A stretch of DNA of 63,614 nucleotides, counting the filler, from Hyphochytrium catenoides (taxonomy: Eukaryota; Protista; Hyphochytriomycota), in assembly GCA_900088475.1 (NCBI GenBank). It is 6 parts of 6 records of this genome, joined end to end, with 100 filler letters (N's around TTAATTAATTAA, not from the genome) between each part and the next. Parts side by side here need not be neighbours in the genome. Positions count along the whole stretch, not along the records: positions 57,145 to 63,614 come from FLMG01001745.1; 5 more parts are not named here. One strand, 5' to 3'. The translations under genes were made by a program, and so were the position numbers. Under the pieces are notes generated by a model. It saw only the letters and a program-made list of their open reading frames with translations, was not told the origin of the DNA and did not search any database. Of this stretch, positions 60,101-63,614 are shown piece after piece (position 1 is the stretch's first letter; the number at the start of each line of letters is the position of its first letter).

Positions 60101-63100
60101 TCCGCCCGTCCCAGACCAGCTGTCTCCGGCTCCAATTGCCACGCTGCCTCCCGTCAAATCATCTCCTGCTCCAGCTAAGAAGCTCAAGCTGCCTCCAGTT
60201 GAACCCCTAGCTCTTGTCGAGCCGCTGCTGATCATCACATTGCCCGTTACTGTTCCTGGACCTAGGGCGTCACCAGCAGAGATAAGCACATCACCGGCCT
60301 GAACGCCTGAAGAATTGCCCGTAGTAATCCGAGCGTCTCCAACTCGTCCAGACGATGAAGAACCTGTTGCAAGGTGAAGCGTACCACTGCTCGTTCCAGC
60401 GCTGTTCACTGTTGCACTTAAAATGCTGATATTTCCTGAGCTATCTGAAGTAGCTGAGCCCGAGTATATCCCAATCGAACCTCCAGCACCGCCAAACCCA
60501 TGACCACCCTCCATCACCACGCTGCCACCCCGTGACGCCGAGGATACGGGGGTGGCAGAACCAGCGAGAAGTTTCAGGTCGCCTCCAACCCCGTTTATGG
60601 ACTCCACCCACCCCGCTTCAAAGGTGATTGCTCCTCCGTGGGCGCCGTCATCTTTCTTGCTACCACCAGCAGCCGCAAAAATAGATCCGCCATCGTCCCT
60701 GAGGGACTGGCCCAGAGTGAGCTCAACAGATCCGGCGGTCGGACCGTCACCGGTATGAATCCGTACCGATCCCGAAACCCCCGTGGGCTGACCCGTTATC
60801 GACGACGAGCCGACCTCAATATTCCCAGATTGGGCTGATCCTTTACCAGTGGATAGTCTAAGTGTTCCAGAGACCACACTGGCCTCTCCAGAAGATATAC
60901 TAATGGCACCGCTGTCGCTCGTCCGAGCCCTTCCTGGTCCTGTTGCCAGAGTTAAGTTGCCACTAGCAGTGGCCCCAGTTCCGGTGACCAGATGCAGATC
61001 TCCACCCTGGGCTTCACTACTTGAGCCTGCCTTCATGAGAACTCTTCCCCCCGCTCCCTGCACTCCCTTGTTTCCGGACGAACCGGCTTCCAACAGTAAC
61101 TGACCCCCTTGTTCCGTCCTCGAACTAGACGACCCGGCTCTAATGGAGACAGAACCCCCCTGTCCGTTCTCAGAGTTGCCCACTTGAAGACTGATGGAGC
61201 CGGTTTTCCCGGAATTGGAATCCCCGGTTTGCATCACAACGGTCCCAGTGGGGCCTGTGCTGGCTCTTCCGGTGCTTACTACAATGTTCCCGCTTGTATT
61301 TGGACCACTGAGAAGTTGATGGGCACCAGTGCCGATCTCAACACCACCGGTGGTGTTCTCAGATGATCCACTGCGAAGGGCTACACCTCCACCTTGCCCA
61401 GACCTGCTTCGGCCAGCTTCAAGGCGTAGCAAACCTCCCTCTTGCACAACAGAACTGCCTCCGATTAACTCAACGTCGCCCCCACCGGCATAACCTGGGC
61501 CACCTATAGAGCCACTTGATAACAAAATACTTCCAGCCTTCCCAGACTGAGCTTCGCTGTATCCCACCCTTAAGTCAATGCTACCAGTTCGAGCTCCAAA
61601 TGAAGAACCAGTCGAGACAGATACATCACCACTATTGCCCTTGGTTGTTCGCCCACTCTGCAAAGTGATCGCACCACTGTTTCCTTGGGCAGTTGCATCT
61701 CCTGACATTATCTGGACCCCACCTGACAGCTTTGAACCTAGACTCTCCCCTGATGAGACTTTGACAGACCCCCCGGACCCTACCACGGATCGCCCGGCTA
61801 TGAGCTCTACGTTTCCTCCTCCCGATTTCTCGTCTGACGGAACCGCGTAGCTTTTATCAGAGCCAGCTTTGATAATTACAGAGCCTGGAGTTTGTGAAGA
61901 CAGGTGCTTGGAGCCAGCCACCAGCAGGACATTGTTACCGGAGCTATATTGCCCTTCGAGTAACTCTCCCCCTGCAGCCAAAACAACGGATCCACTTGCT
62001 CCCTCAGCCGCCTTTCCAGAGGATACGACCACCGACCCAGACCGCCCATTCCCTTCACCTGAATGAAGAGATATGTCCCCCGAGAAGGTTTCTGCTGAGG
62101 CAGTAGAAATTTTTACCGCTCCAGTTTTCCCAGCGCTAGACTCGCCTGTTCTTATGGTGATTAGTCCAGACGACTGGGTTGCAGTTTTCCCGGATTGAAT
62201 TAGGACAGCCCCGCTGTAGGCTGCTTCACTGGCGGCAGACTCCAGGATTATGTCTCCACTAATATCCTCGGAACTGGAACCAGACTGTAGTCGGACTGCA
62301 CCACCGGCTGAAGCCAGTGAGGCACCACCGTTGATCTGGACTGCCCCTCCTACGTCCTCACCAACTGCCGAACCCGCCACCAGGAAGACATTTCCTCCTT
62401 CAGCTTTGTTTCCTGACCCGCCCGCTATAAATACTCCCCCTCCTCTCCCACTAGCACTGTGGCCCGAGCTCAAAGTTATCGACCCTGCATCTCCATGCGA
62501 AGAAGATCCTGTGGAGATCCATAGAGCGCCAGAGCCCTGTTCAGCAGTACTTGAACCCATGAAAACGGGACCGCTGCGGCCCTCGACCATGCCGGTCCCT
62601 GATAAGATAGTTATCTGCCCTCCATCCTTGGTCTCACTATCTCCGGACCTTATGTAGACATTACCGCCGCCATCTTGCTTGCTGTTCCCTGCAGCAAGTA
62701 CCATATTGCCCCCCTCAGATGATTGTGAGGACCCAGCGGTGAAGGAAATTTCACCTCCCCGGGAGCTCTTGCTTTGGGACGTTGAGTGGCCGCCCATAAT
62801 AGTGATAGACCCAGCGCTTGAAGGGCTTGCAACGCTCCCTCCAGCTAACGTAATATTTCCAGCTGATCCCTTACTGGCCTTCAAATCGCCAGTGGTAATG
62901 GTGATACTTCCGGATGTAGCTTCGCTCCCGCTGTCTCTGGTTTTCACAACAATACCGCCGCCAACTCCTCCACCTCCAGGGCCACCTGCCACCACAGCAA
63001 TCCCGCCGCCATTTGCTCTAGAGCTAGAGCCCCCTGTAATGCGGACAGCTCCACCCTGGTCGGCTGAAGATGAATTTCCTGCATTCAACTCGACATTACC

Positions 63101-63614
63101 TCCCCCCTTGTTGTAAGAGTGATCAAGGCCGTTATGGGATCCTCCAGAGATGAACACGCTGCCAGCCAAACTGCTGGAGCTAATTGCATATCCTGCTGAC
63201 ATAATAACATCACCACCACTCGCCGCGTTGTCCTCTGAGTATCCCCCGGAGCCTGCGAGCAAAGCGATTCTTCCTCCACTAGACCTCTGCGACGAACCTG
63301 CCGCAAGGGTAACAGCGCCAGACTTTCTCTGCGAGAAACCTGTAGAAAGGGTGACAGATCCAGAAACTCCATTGGCTAGAGCTGGGGACGAACCAAGGAT
63401 CACGCGACCGGTAGACCTGCCCAGGGAGGAGCCGCTCTGCAGGTACACATCGCCAGAGGAAGAGGAAGTAGAGGTTGTGCTCCCAGTTGTGAGTCTTATT
63501 TCTCCCGAACTCCCCCCATCGGAGTTGGAGGCAGTCTCAAGCTCTATGGTGCCACCGGCCTTCTCAGATGATGCAGTAGAGCCACTCATCATACGGATTG
63601 ATCCTCCTTCTGCC
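57145..63614 (-). CDS. Internal fragment of a giant Gly/Ser-rich repeat (beta-solenoid-like) protein, >2150 aa, open at both ends
   Basis: 6.47 kb uninterrupted frame built from about 14-18-aa G-[GSN]-[VI]-x-[ILV]-x-[AST]-G units. The frame is open to the window end, and the ORF-track stop is the artificial linker. Confidence 0.9.

Noticed and set aside
57390-63372. Many + strand ORFs (P/T/E-rich) and short alternative-frame ORFs
   Set aside because: Antisense shadows of the Gly/Ser-rich coding frame.

Overview
Eukaryotic DNA with GT-AG introns, probably from a heterotrophic protist. Gene content is suggestive of a stramenopile/oomycete-like lineage, which is inference only. The window is NOT contiguous: five artificial 100-bp spacers (N44-TTAATTAATTAA-N44) join six contigs (1-25126, 25227-39720, 39821-45707, 45808-50970, 51071-57044, 57145-63614). 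Contig 1: two tandem, partly decayed paralogues of an unusual PLAC8 + TM + NHL beta-propeller + NIDO-like fusion; a 4-exon HPP-family membrane protein; a type I membrane protein ending in a beta-adaptin appendage-like domain; inverted decayed copia fragments. Contig 2: two divergent multi-TM proteins, one disrupted by a 190-bp insertion; a GPI-anchored mucin-like protein; a Rel-homology-like + IPT/TIG transcription factor; an AT-richer island with a Polinton/virophage-type rve integrase interrupted by a solo LTR (5-bp TSD) and a second LTR-like insert. Contig 3: 5' part of THADA/Trm732, with (GA)n microsatellites inside exons. Contig 4: Ty1/copia INT-RT-RNaseH + 3' LTR abutting a frameshifted P-element/THAP9-like transposase. 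Contig 5: a Q/P/K-rich TPxK-repeat protein and a 4-exon RNase kappa / V-ATPase subunit f-like gene. Contig 6: internal fragment (>2150 aa) of a giant Gly/Ser-rich repeat protein. Domain calls are by-eye motif recognition, not database searches. No rRNA, tRNA or CRISPR array was seen.
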